Below, piece by piece: positions 1 to 12,128 of a stretch of DNA of 64,000 bases. The stretch covers positions 9,486,001 through 9,550,000 of the forward strand of contig JBHGNT010000005.1 in NCBI GenBank assembly GCA_043228905.1. The letters run 5' to 3'. A program made the translations under genes and the position numbers. Positions within the stretch are counted from its first letter, which is position 1, and each line of letters starts with the position of its first letter. The notes under the pieces were generated by a model that searched no databases, was not told the DNA's origin, and saw nothing but the letters and a program-made list of their open reading frames with translations. Source of the DNA: Azolla caroliniana (Eukaryota; Plantae; Polypodiophyta).

Positions 1-9
1 GATCTCATT

Positions 10-981
10 ATGCGTGAAGTGTTTCGCCATCATGGTCTACCGAATGATATTATTAGCGATCGAGGTCCTCAATTTATCTCACACTTTTGGAAGCACCTAT
101 GGGCAGGCCTCAAAATCTCTTGCAAACTCTCTTCGGCTTATCATCCACAAACTGACGAACAAACAGAGCGCATAAATAAAACGCTCGAGCAATATCTTCA
201 ATGTTTCATTAGTTATCAACAAGATGATTGGAGTAATATTTTACATCTTGCCGAGTTTGCATACAACACGGTCCACTCTTCTACCAAAGTTACACCTTTC
301 TTTGCTTACATTGGCAACTACCCTCGATGGTGTATACTGGATCTTCCCGAGGTGTCACGAAACCCTAGTGTGGCGCATCACCTCCACCGAATACAACAAA
401 TCCAGTTCGAGTTATCGTCACATCTTCAGAAAGCGCAAGCACACCATAAGACCAATGCCGATCGACATCGTCTTAAGTTTCTGTTTAAGGTTGGTGACCG
501 TGTATGGTTGCTTCATCGTCACATCAAGACTACCCGACCGTGTGCTAAGGTTGACTATCAACGCTTAGGTCCTTTTGTCATCACGGCGCAGATTAATGAG
601 GCAACATTTCGTCTTAACCTTCCTGCACATATGCGGCTTCACCCTGTCTTTCATAGCTCTCTTTTGGAACCTTGCCGCACCTCTTTAATTCCTAATTGTG
701 TCGTGCCACCACCGCCTTCTATACAACTTGTGGACGGCCCCGAATACGAGGTAGCTGCTATTTTCGATTCTAAGATTGTGCGCAATAAGATTTATTATCT
801 AGTTGATTGGCTTGGCTATCCTCCGAGTGATCGCACTTGGGAACCCATCGATAATGTTTGTAATGTTGAAGCTCTGGTCAACGATTTCCATCGTCACTAT
901 CCAAACAAGCCCGACCCAACAATGTTAACGCTGACTTCCACTCGGCGTTCTCGAAGGAGGGATAGTGTCATGAACACATGA
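10..981 (+). pseudogene. Gypsy chromovirus (Tcn1-like, element A): integrase core/C-terminus plus chromodomain, cut by the window edge
   Basis: HGLP..IISDRGPQF, SSAYHPQTD, GPF (GPY/F motif), HPVFHSSLL and chromodomain YEVAAIFDS..YYLVDWLGY..TWEP. PPT GAAGGAGGGATAG lies just before TGTCA at 966. Confidence 0.93.
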
Positions 982-2260
982 CCATTATGGCGTCACCAGG
1001 ACTTGAACCTCGAACCTTGTAATCCATACTTGCAAACCTCAACCATTAAGATAGCTTATTGTTATATGAAACAATAAAAGCTACTTCTTATATTACATTG
1101 ATTATTGTAAAACCTCTAGATTATTCTAGAATGTTCTAGAATGTCCTAGAGCATTCTACAACATTCTAGAAATCTCTAAGCTATTCTATAGGAACCTATA
1201 AATAACACCAGTCTTTAGCTCTCATTACATATCTTGTATCCATTCTCTTTCTTTCTCTATCTTATACATCCATTCTTCTATTAGCATTTCGTTTCTTTCT
1301 TCTCTGTGAACGTAAGTGTTTGCGGAAGCATAAAACAGAGAACAACACATAGAGAGAGAGAGAGAGGGAGAGACAAAGAGAGCATAACACAATTTCAAAA
1401 TTATATCAAAACTCTGTCTACACACTGTGCTAAGTAGCACTATTTATACAAGTCCTCTTGGGACTGACAGAAGTACCATGTACTTCAATGCTCACACGAG
1501 CATCTGACACATACTACGAGACTATAGATACCTAGTAGTCTATCCTATTCTAGGCTTCCGATTGGACTGCCGGTTACGGATTGCACCGGGCCTCCACTGC
1601 TTGCCGGTTCAGTTGCTCACCGTCATACCGATCCGTTTCGCCCAATCCGTCTCGCTTACCGGCTCCGGCTTATTCAGCCGATCCGGCTCCGGTTGAGCTT
1701 GCCGCTCAACACTCCCCCTCAAGCTCAACCTGAGGTGGGGTCGTAGTGTCGACCTCTGTGGCAGTCGGTTCTTTCAACCGACTTCTCCTGGCGTCACTCC
1801 GCCTTGCTCGCGCTCCTCGTCCGGTCCGGTCCCGTTTGCCGCGACCCATTTGGTTCTGTGTGCCTCGACCCTCTCGGTCGGCATGTCTGCTCAATAGGCC
1901 CATCTCAGCACTCACGTTGTTGTGACTCCGACGCTTGCCGATCCGTCGGTTCTCCCACGATGGCATCGACTTCTGTTGTGTCCGTGTCCCCTTGGCCTTC
2001 AGTCGATCCGACTCATCCGGGTCCATCTGTTGATCCGAGTCAGTTGTCTCCGACTCGTTCCAGCTCTTGTCCGAATCGGTACACTCCGATTCGACTTCCG
2101 ACTTCAGGCCTCTCACCACATCGGACCACTTCCGAGTCTTGGCCTTCTCCATGCTTCCCTCAGCTTCTTCAGCAGGTGAACCGAAATCGAATTCTTCATT
2201 CGAGTCCGCATCATGGTCAGTACCGTCGTGATGACCTCCGCACAACATGCACTTCTCTTC

Positions 2261-3949
2261 CTAAGTGCACAACTCTTCTTCACAGCCGCTTGCTCCGACC
2301 TGTTCGGATGTGTCGACTTCCTTCGTCGACTCGGCTTCCTTCATCTTTTTGTCTCTTCTTCTTCCGGCTCTCCTCTTACCGACGGGTTCAACAGGTTTTT
2401 TGTCTTTGCCAATTTCGGTAGAGACTTTGCCCTTGCTTGAGAATTTGCCCTTGCTTCTCCCCCTCAAGTGCGGCACGTCGAGATGCTGAATACCAAGCAT
2501 GTCGGTAAAGTACTGCAACTTGTCCGATCCGAGAGGTTTGGTGAAGATGTCGGCAACTTGCCGATCCGTATGAACATACCGTAGGTCAACTTCACCGCTC
2601 AGGACCCGCTCACGCACGAAGTGGTAGTACACCTCGATGTGCTTTGTGCGAGCATGGAACACAGGGTTCCTAGCGAGCTGCAGGCTGCTCATGTTATCGT
2701 AGTAAATCGGGATCGGGGTCGGCACCTCGATCTGCAAGTCTCGCAGCAGTCGCCGAAGCCAGATTGCTTCACAAGTGGCAATGGTAGCGGCCTGGTACTC
2801 AGCCTCAGTGCTTGACAAAGCCACTGTGGGCTGCTTCTTGCTGCTCCACGCAACGGCCGTGCTCCCTATGGAGAACATGTATCCGGAAGTGCAACGACGA
2901 TCAGACGCATCGCCGGCCCAGTCAACATCTGTGTAACCGACAAGCTCTTCGGGTATACCTCGCCGGTATAGCAAACCCCGGTCTTTAGTGCCGCTGACAT
3001 ACCGTAATATTCGTTGCGCGCACTGAAGGTGCTCCACGGTCAGCTTCTGCATGAACTGCCTTACCATGCCAACCGGATAGCTGATGTCGGGTCGGGTGAT
3101 GGTTAAGGAGATCAGGCTTCCGACAACCTGTCGGAACCGTTTCTCATTGCAAGCCGGTCCGGAGTTGGGACGGAGCTTCTGGTTCCGGTTCAGGGGTGTG
3201 GAGATAGGTCGGCAATCCGTCATGCCGAACTTATACAACATATTCAACACGTAATGTCGTTGTGAGAGCAATATGTCATGAGGGGTCCGGATCACTTCGA
3301 TCCCAAGAAAATAATGAAGGTCCCCCAGGTCCTTCATTTCGAATGCGTCCGACAACTGAGACTTGACGCGGTTGATTTCGGGAAGACCCGGTCCGGTGAT
3401 GACTAAATCATCCACATACAAGAGTATACATACCGGACCGTCAGAGCCTTGCCGGATGAATAACGAAGAGTCCGACTTAGAGACAGCAAACCCCAACTTA
3501 CGCAACCGGTGCGTGATCTTCGCGTTCCAAGCTTGGGGGGCTTGCTTCAAGCCGTAAAGCGACTTCTTCAGTCGGCATACCGCCGACTTGTTCATCTCCG
3601 AGTGAAATCCGGGGGGCTGAGTCATAAAGACTTCCTCTTCAAGCTCTCCTTGAAGGAAGGCGTTCTTCACATCCATCTGGTGAAGATGCCACCCCCTTGC
3701 CGCAGCAACCGCCAGTACCACACGAACCGTCGTCATCCTCGCCATAGGAGCGAAGGTCTCATCGTAGTCGATTCCGTGGGTCTGCACGTATCCCTTCGCC
3801 ACTAACCGGGCTTTGTACCGGTTAACAGAACCGTCGGCGTTGTGCTTGACCTTGTACACCCACTTGCATCCGATCGGTTTACAGTGACGGGGAGGATCAA
3901 CTAGGTCCCAAGTTTCGTTGGCATCGAGTGCCCGCATTTCTTCGTCCAT
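2261..3949 (-). pseudogene. Copia C reverse transcriptase and RNase H with a charged C-terminal tail
   Basis: [48 protein letters not shown]. Confidence 0.93.
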
Positions 3950-3958
3950 AGCGGCATG

Positions 3959-5344
3959 CTAATTTGCGTCCTTTGCCGCTTCTGCGTAGCTCTCCGGCTC
4001 ACGCACTTCTGTCACCTTAGTCATGTACGCATAATGATGCGCCATGTATTCATTGTACCCGTACCGCACGACGGGATCCTTCTGACGGGTTGATCGGCGC
4101 AACGCACCGTCACCTAATTTGAGGCCCTTCTTAGCCAGTTCGGTCTTCGGTGCCGAAGATCCGCCTTTCTCCTTTCCGGAGTCGGATTCGCACCGATCCG
4201 ACTCATCGTTGCCGGTTTCGAATTCCGGCATCTTCCTCTTCCCCTTCTCTTTGCACGTGAACCGTTTCCTTGGTTCCTTGTGCGGGGTGAACACGGCAGA
4301 GTCTCCACGACTTGCCGTCTCTTCATCTGACCGGTCCAACCGACTCAGTCGCTCGTTCGGTCCACTCAACCGTAACGATTCCGGACTCTCATCTTGAGTC
4401 CCGGCTTCATCATCCTCTGTCAGGGCTGATTCAGGCTCACTGGCCTGATCTTTCGGCATTGGGTTGGGATCGGAAGTCGGTACGGAGTACCAAGATGCCG
4501 ATTCATCGAACTCGACATCCCGGCTAACTCGGACTTCCTTCGTCCGGGGGTTATAGCACTTATACCCCTTTTGCTCTTGAGCATACTCGACTAGGATGCA
4601 TTTTTCCGATTTTGCATCCAGCTTTCTCCGCTTCTGATCCGGCACATGCACGTACGCTATGCTGCCGAATATCCGAAGGTGTCTTAAGTTCGGCTTGCGC
4701 CCGAAATACAGCTCATGAGCTGACACCTTGTCACCAATGCGGTTTTGTATGTAGACGGCCGTCTGGACTGCCTCCGCCCAGTAGAACCGGGGCATGCTCT
4801 TCTCCTCCAGCATTGTCCTTGCCGCTTCGACGAGTGTCGGGTTCTTCCTTTCGGCCACACCGTTTTGCTCCGATTTGTATCTGCAGCTGAACTCTCGCCG
4901 AATTCCCTTCTGGTGCAGATAACTAGTGAATTGGCCGGAAAAATATTCCATTCCGCCATCCGACCGAAGGCATTTGATCTTCCTCTCCGATTCCCGTTCC
5001 ACCATCTTCTGGAGGCTCCGGAAATTGTCGAAGACTTCGCTCTTCCATTCAATGAGGTAGATCCAAGTATGTCGAGTATGGTTGTCGATGAAGGAGAGGA
5101 AGTATCGGCTCCCACCAAGGCTTACACTTTGTGTCGGTCCCCACACATCCGAATGGATGAGATCGAGCTTGTTACAGCTCTGGTTCCGTTCGGTGGGGAA
5201 TGGAAGCCGGTGTTGCTTCCCAAGTTGGCAGGCCTCACAAATTTCGGCTCTCCGGCCGCTGAACTTGGTAAACCGAAAACAACTTTTTTCGTTTGCACGT
5301 CTTGAAGCCTCCGATAGTTGACGTGGCCTATCCGCTTGTGCCAC
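3959..5344 (-). pseudogene. Copia C integrase
   Basis: CEAC, HSDVWGP, RSDGG, QNGVAERKN, KLDAKSEKC. A stop at 3959 separates it from RT. Confidence 0.9.
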
Positions 5345-6759
5345 AGGTCGATGTCCGACTCGACTTTCTGTCGTTCCGCGAACAGAGCAGTGCCTAAGTC
5401 ATTGGTGTTGAGGATAAACATCCTCCCGTCTCTGCGCCCTTGCGCAATGACTTCGCCCTCATCCTCAATGAAGCACCCGAGGTGCGTAAACCGCACCTGC
5501 ATCCCCTGGTCGACAATCTGACTGACGGACACCAGGTTCTTCGTGATTGTCGGAACATGTAATACGTTCATCAGCTTCCCTTTCTGTCCGACGTGGCTTA
5601 GAGGGACTTCTCCGACGTGCACGATTGGGTGAGGAGTGTCGTCTCCGGTTTCGACTACTCCTGGTTGATCCGGTTTCTCCAGAAAGGAGAACCACTCTTT
5701 GTGGCTCGTCATGTGGTTCGACGTGCCGGAATCAACATACCACACTTCCTCCGTTTTCGAAGTGGTCTTCTTCATTGAGTTTGCCTTGTGATTCATCACC
5801 AAGGCTAGCCCCTTACCGGCCTTTCTGGTTCCGGATCCTCCTGATCCGTTTGCGTAGTGCGAGTTTTGCCGGCCATCCTTACCGGTCTTGCCGGATCTGG
5901 ATTTGTCCGAATCGGCACGCTTTCTCCAGCACTCGCTTTCCCTGTGGCCTTTTTTGCCACAATACCAGCATTCCGTAGCAGATTTGTCTTGCCGGCCTCC
6001 GGCACCGCCTTGACTCCCCTTGCTTGTGGAAGTCCCGGAACTGTTGTCGGCACGCTCATAGTGCCTCCGTTCCTGCTCTTGCCGGCCGCCTCTATTGCGT
6101 GCCGACCCACCTCTTCCACCACGCCCATGGAGCCGATCCATTCCTGTGTACAACATTCGGTTGTCCGGGGATGCACTGGTAGATGCACCGGCGTGGTTCT
6201 CCTTTACAAGGAGCATCGACTGTAAGTCGAAGAATGAGGGGGTATTCTCCCTTGTACACACCGCAGTCCGGAACGCTCCGAACTTGGACGCCAGGCCTCC
6301 GAGACATACCTGCACCATCTCGTCTTCCTCTACGGTAACATTGATAGAGGCGAGCGAGCCGCAGATCTCCTTTATCCGGCCCGTGTAGTCTGCCACGGAC
6401 ATGTTCTTCTGTCGAACATTGCTCAACTCCTGTCTGAGTTGCAGCTTCCGGGCAGTGGTGCTTGCGGCGAAAACCTTTTTCAGGTTCCCCCAAGCATCCT
6501 TCGGTGTCTTGGCATCACGGATGTGGCTGAGCAGCTGATCGCCGACACTGGATGCGAAGCAGTACATCACCCTACTTGCCGCCTGTTCCCATACCGGGAA
6601 GTCCTTGTGTGCCGAGTCTGGCGCCGCATCATTCGCTCCTTTGACATAACTCCAGTACCCGTGTCCAAGCAGGTATTGGTGCATCTTGTAAGACCAGGAT
6701 GCGTAGTTGCTCCTGTCGAGCTTCTCCACCAGGAGCGACGTAGCCATGCCTCTATCCAT
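5122..6759 (-). pseudogene. Copia C gag, protease and GAG-pre-integrase
   Basis: EKLDRSNYASW, zinc knuckle CWYCGKKGHRESEC, protease WYVDSGTSNHM, LWHKRIGH. A frameshift near 5270 separates it from integrase. Confidence 0.9.
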
Positions 6760-6892
6760 GTCTTCTACTGTGTCTGTTTTCGACCTGTTAGGGTTTTCTT
6801 CTCAAGAGTAAATGTCTGCAGCAGAGGTTCTCAACCCTCGCGCTCTGATACCATGTAAACGTAAGTGTTTGCGGAAGCGTAAAACAGAGAAC

Positions 6893-6958
<66 letters not shown>

Positions 6959-7291
6959 AGAACACGATTTCAAAATTATATCAAAAATTCTGTGTATACA
7001 CACTGTGCTAAGTAGCACTATTTATACAAGTCCTCTTGGGATTGACAGAAGTACCATGTACTTCAATGCTCACACGAGCATCTAACACTTATTACGAGAC
7101 TATAGATACCTAGTAGTCTATCCTATTCTAGGCTTCCGATTGGACTGCCGGTTACGGATTGCACCGGGCCTCCACTGCTTGCCGGTTCGGTTGCTCACCG
7201 TCATACCGATCCGTTTCACCCGATCCGTCTCGCTCACCGGCTCCGGCTTATCCTTCTTTCATCACTCTATCTTTTATCCTTGGTTCTGACA

Positions 7292-8393
7292 ATGAGGACC
7301 GCACATGGTCACTCACGCACGTTGGTATTCGTGTTCCAGTCTCCGGTGAAGACTGCACATGGTCACTCACTCCAGGTATTGTTTGTGTTCCAGATCCTGG
7401 CGAGGACCGACATGGTCGCTCATGCTTGCTATTGTTCATGTTCCAATTCCCGGTGAAGACCACACATGGTCTCTCATGCCCGTTGGTGGTCATCTTCCAA
7501 CTCTTGGCAAGGACCGACATGATCTCTCATGCCGATTGGTGTTCGTGTTCCTTGTGAGGACCACACATGGTCACTCATGCCCGTTGGTATTTGTGTTCCA
7601 GTTCCTGACGAGGACCGAACATGGTTGCTCATGCCCGTTGGTGTTCGTGCACCCCATGAGGACTACAGATGGTCGCTCACATCTATTGGTATTCGTGTTC
7701 CAGTCATGGGCGAGGACCGCACATGGTTGCTCATGCCCGTTGGTGTTCAATACCTCGTCTTCTGGAAGGGTTACTGCTTGTCTAGGATTTACAAAATACT
7801 TTGGAGGTGTTCTAAGATTTTCATCAACAATATCCCCTTAACAAGGACCGGTTTGGGAAGGCGGCGTCAAAGGGGGGATAATGTCACATTCTTTTTTTTC
7901 TTTTCTTTTTTCCAAAATGATAATGTCACATTCTAGATTTGAACCTTTGACTTTTAACACACACAATACATTGTGTTGTGTTAACCATATGGAAACTCTT
8001 GTGAACTGTCTACATTTGATTGTGAACTTGTATATGTTGTAGAGTCTAGTCTATAGTACATTCGAGAATATTCTAGAATTATTCTGTGCTATATTCTAAA
8101 TAGGTATATTCTCGAGTATATTCTAGAGATATTCAATCTAGGAAATTGTATAAATACTTGTAACATCCTTGGTCCCTTTCAAGGGATTCAACACCAGTCA
8201 TTGACACATCAATCTAGTATTCTCGTTTCGCCTCATCTTTGTCTCCTTGATCTTTATTTTTGTCTTCATGCCCTCATATCGCTCACAATATCTACAGTTC
8301 CTAGCCTCATCACATCTAGCTCCAAGTTCATCCGTTGCTCGTAGCCCCATCATCTGTGCTCCGTCCTAGTCCGCGTTTGGTGTGTCTGTGACA
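7292..8393 (+). mobile_element. Chromovirus B 3' end: degenerate chromodomain, PPT and 3' LTR (7924-8393)
   Basis: QYLVFWKGY and DFHQQYP remnants. PPT AAAGGGGGGATAA. LTR TGTCACA...TGTGACA with TATAAATA near 8149. Confidence 0.8.
7294..7750 (+). repeat. Minisatellite of about 9 units of about 54 bp (47-54), reading into the chromodomain of chromovirus B
   Basis: Units start at 7294, 7348, 7402, 7455, 7509, 7556, 7610, 7658 and 7712. Consensus is approximately GAGGACCRCACATGGTCRCTCATGCCCGTTGGTRTTCGTGTTCCAGTYCCTGGC. Confidence 0.9.
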
Positions 8394-9507
8394 CTTGTTA
8401 TGTGTATGGAAACGATCATCTAGTAGAGAGCATTGTAATTCTTCGCAAAAAGAGTTGCTTGTGTCTTCTCGGTTATTATGTTGGCCAAGAAAGGAGAGAT
8501 TGTGCTCTCAATTTAATCGTTTGTTTCGTTTGGGGATCAAAGAGGTGGGAGATATAGTTGAGGCTCCATCTCAAAGAATTTTGGAGTTTGTTTAAGCGCG
8601 ACAATTATTACACATTCCGCCTAATTATGGGTTTATTTGGCAACAAGTACAAAATATTCCATTGATGCAAGGTCCCTTGCCTCTACAAATAGGAGAACAA
8701 TCGTGGCTTGATTGGTGTTTAAAGGGTCAAACATCATTGTTACAAGTGACTACTAATCTTTTGTATCATTGCTCTGTTGAATCTCTTGGATGGTTATCAT
8801 CTAAGGTTGAAGAACAATGGAGATTACACAAATTTGATCATGGGTGGTGCCAGATCTTACAACGTAGTTGGCATTCTAAATTGCCACTTGTAGCAAAGGT
8901 CTTCATTTGGAGAGTTTTGATTGGAGGATTGCCTTTGGGATTAGCTCTAAAGCGTCGTGGATTAGCAATAGGTAATTGTTTCTTTTGCACTGTTCAAATG
9001 GAAGATAGTACTCATCGATTTATACAATGTCCTATTGCTTGTCAGATTTGGAGTTACATTTCTCAAATTTAGCAAGTTTTATCACGGTGTTCTTTGACAC
9101 CTAGACAGTGGGTGTTTGCACAATTTACACAGGTTGAACCAAAATCAGAGATGGAGATCGTTTTTCTATTTTTAAGATATTGAGGATTGTGTCATAATTG
9201 GAATATGCGGAACGCTTTTGTATTCGACGGTAGACATGGAGTGAAAGCATATCTACGAAAATTTAAGGGAGCACTAATGTGGCAATTTTCTTTATTGGAG
9301 CAAGTGTAAATTCTTTCCTCGGTGGAGTGTTCGTCTTGCCTATTGGCAATTCAACATGTTCTAGTACCCATGTAGTGTAGTTAATGGGTGACCATACTCC
9401 ATTGTCACACCTATTGTAAGTAGTGTTTGTTACACACATTTATTAATATAATTGTGTGCTTTCACCAAAAGAGAGAGAGAGAGAGAGAGAGAGGGGGGAA
9501 AAAAAGC
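8394..9507 (+). mobile_element. L1-type LINE 3' end (zf-RVT region, 3' UTR, AG/A-rich tail)
   Basis: ORF 8662-9072 contains W..KLP..KVFIWR..GLP...CFFC...EDSTHRFIQC, typical of zf-RVT. The tail is AAAA(GA)nGGGGGAAAAAAA. Confidence 0.8.
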
Positions 9508-9707
9508 GACGACGTTCCAAGAATAGTGTTGAAACATGTTTTTGATGTAACTTTGTACTCAGAACTCCGATTTTTATGATTTGTGGCTCGTTGCGAAGCC
9601 TATTCAGAGAGCTTTCCAAGGATTATTTGTACACTTAGTTTTGTTATCGTTACAAGAAGCTACAAGAAAAATCATCATCGTCTCAAGTTCTCTCAATCTC
9701 TATTAGG

Positions 9708-11065
9708 ATGGCTAACACAATAGGAAGTGAGTTGATGACTGTTGATGGATGTGGTAGTAATGATGGTTGTGAAAATTACAAGTGGCAAAAGTGTATCGAT
9801 TCTACAAAACATGAGAAAACATCATATGTTGCTATTCTTGGTGGGAAAGATGTTATTGGAGATGATTATAATATTGATAGTCGTTATGATTTTGTTAAGG
9901 CTTTGCTTTCCGATTTTATGGAAAAAAATGAGTGTGATGCTAAAGATTGTGTGGAGGAGGATGTTGTAGAGGTGGTGATGGAGACCAAGTCTATGTTAGC
10001 AACTTTTGACAGGTTCTATGATCGTGGTGTTATTTTGTATTTCACTAGCAAACGTCCTTTGGTATCATGGATTAAGCAGTGATTGAATTCATTTATAATG
10101 CCTAATTATGTTGAGGATGTCTATGTGGGTCCAAGAGGTTTCTATGATGTGGTTTTTCGATCATCAGAACATCATATGACTTTGATGGCAAAGGTACTGA
10201 TCTTTTTTTATAGAAGATTAGTGCATGTGATGGAATGGATTCCGGTGGCGGATTATAAAGATTTATTAAAACAACAATGTCTAATTTGGGTGATCGTTGA
10301 TTGCAGTAACTCATTCTTTTGGGATATACTACCAAGATTGATGTCTCAAATTGGTATAGTTTTGGTTGCTCCTCATGTTAATTCGTTGAACAAATGTAGA
10401 TTTTGCATGTTAAGAGATACAAGTTGTAAACTTCTGGGATGGTTGAGTATAAATACATCTCGATTTGGTCGATTTCGTTTTAAGCTTCAATGGGAGACCT
10501 TTGCAGGGCATTGTTTTAAATGTGGTAAACTTGGGCATTTTATGGTTGAATGCCAGTCTCATGGTGAACTATCCCCAAAAAGTAATCTCAAAGGGAAAAA
10601 TAAGGAAGATGTTGAGAAAGATATTATTTCAATGGTTGATATGGTCATGGATGAGGGAACATCTCATGGGTTAGAGTGAGATCCTAAAGTTCATGGTCAT
10701 GTTAGAGGTGTTGGGGAGGAGAATGGAGTATGCATTAATGATGACCCATATGTTGAAGATGGAGAGTGGCATCAAGTGAAGCATAAGATAAAAGGGAAGG
10801 GTATTCCCATACAAAGGGACCTTGGCAGAAAGAAGTGCGAAATCAGAGATTATCCAACCAATTAAAATTTGATTCTTCAAGAAGGGTGGTACGACCTCAA
10901 TTAAATCAAGGACTTCATTCTCATGCAGCTAGACAACAAAACCCTAATATTGTTGGAGGGGATGTAGTACACACAAATCCTTATGCAACTCTTGAAGAAG
11001 TAGTTAGTACAGTCATGAATACACTTGCTCATGAAGAGCAAGCTCTTAGTAAAGGTGTTAAATGA
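9708..11065 (+). pseudogene. LINE ORF1 (DUF4283-like region plus zinc knuckle)
   Basis: RGFYDVVF and VMEW segments, CFKCGKLGHFMVEC knuckle, interrupted by stops. Confidence 0.75.
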
Positions 11066-12128
11066 AAGTGGTATCATGGAATGTGCGAGGGGCATCTTCT
11101 CCTCATAAGAAATATATATTATGGAAAACTTTATTTGATAAAGAATGGGGTGCTTTATGTGCAGTTGAACATAAGTGTCATGATTTAGCAAGATCTGTGT
11201 TACATTTGCGTGGATATTCCGCATATTATGCATGACAGTTATCACATCATTACTCAGGGTTGTCATGATTATTTGTGATTTGTTTTGTCCACATGTAGTC
11301 TATAATGATCCATATGGACATTTTATGGTGATGGAAGTCAAGTACTTTGAGGATTTGATATGGTTGGTAGGAATCTATGCACCCAATAATGCCAATCTAT
11401 GCATTGAGTTATGGTCTTCAATGTATCCACGGTTATTAGTGGGCCGTGTTGGTGATTTTAATATGTGTGTTGATGCTTCACAATCTACTTCATGATTCTC
11501 ATTGATGGATTCTCCTGAGCAAGTAGTTTGGGACAAATTGGCATCAGAGGTTTTGAAGTTGGATGTATGGAAATGGTTGCATTAAGATGAAGTTGGGTTT
11601 ACATTTCAGTCAATGCAATATAAGGAAACATAGAGTAGGTTAGATAGAATGTATGTTATGCATGATGAGTCCTTTTTGACAGAGATGCTTAATATGTCAA
11701 TTATGCAAGAGGTTGTGGCATCATATCATTTTCCCATATGTTTTGAGTTCAATAAACATGGGGTAGATATGTACACAACATTGCTTGATCGAGTTCCTTT
11801 GAGGTTTAATTCTTCTTTATTATTACATTCCTTATTTATTGCCTATATGCAACAATTTTTTGGCATGTTTTCAGAACAAGTTATTTCAAAAGGATGGCAT
11901 GCATGGGATACAACACTACAAAACATCAATGATATTCACCGTCTATATGATACAGCTAATGCTAAAAGACGTAAGAAATTGATTGGTTAGTTTTCATATA
12001 TTCTTACACGATGCAATGTAATATTGATAAATAATCCGCATTATGAAGAGCTTTTAGATGTTCAAGTTCAAGTACAAGACATTGTGAAGAATTTGTCTTG
12101 TCAAAGTTATCAACAAACAAAACTACGT
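11062..12128 (+). pseudogene. LINE ORF2 apurinic endonuclease domain
   Basis: MKVVSWNVRG at 11062, IYAPN, GDFN, SRLDRMY, SYHFPI (SDH-like). Confidence 0.85.

Larger units (their letters stand above)
1305..7250 (-). mobile_element. Copia LTR retrotransposon C (Bryco/Lyco-like), near full length
   Basis: LTRs at 1305-1711 and 6854 to about 7250 (outer end clipped). PBS TGGTATCAGAGC (tRNA-iMet type) at 6842-6853 on the minus strand. PPT GAGGGGGAG at 1712-1720. Domain order gag-PR-INT-RT-RH. Confidence 0.93.
966..7291 (+). repeat. 3' LTR of element A, split by Copia C (pieces 966-1304 and about 7247-7291)
   Basis: Starts TGTCATGA and ends CTGACA. Both pieces align co-linearly with the solo LTR at 24653-25138. 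Confidence 0.88.

Noticed and set aside
6788-7018. ORFs with (SL)n or (ER)n runs; similar cases at 18625-18879 and 53766-54078
   Set aside because: They are translations of GA/TC or TG microsatellites inside LTRs.
7294-7750. Possible CRISPR array
   Set aside because: Whole units are homologous with no unique spacers, there are no cas genes, and the context is eukaryotic retroelement sequence.
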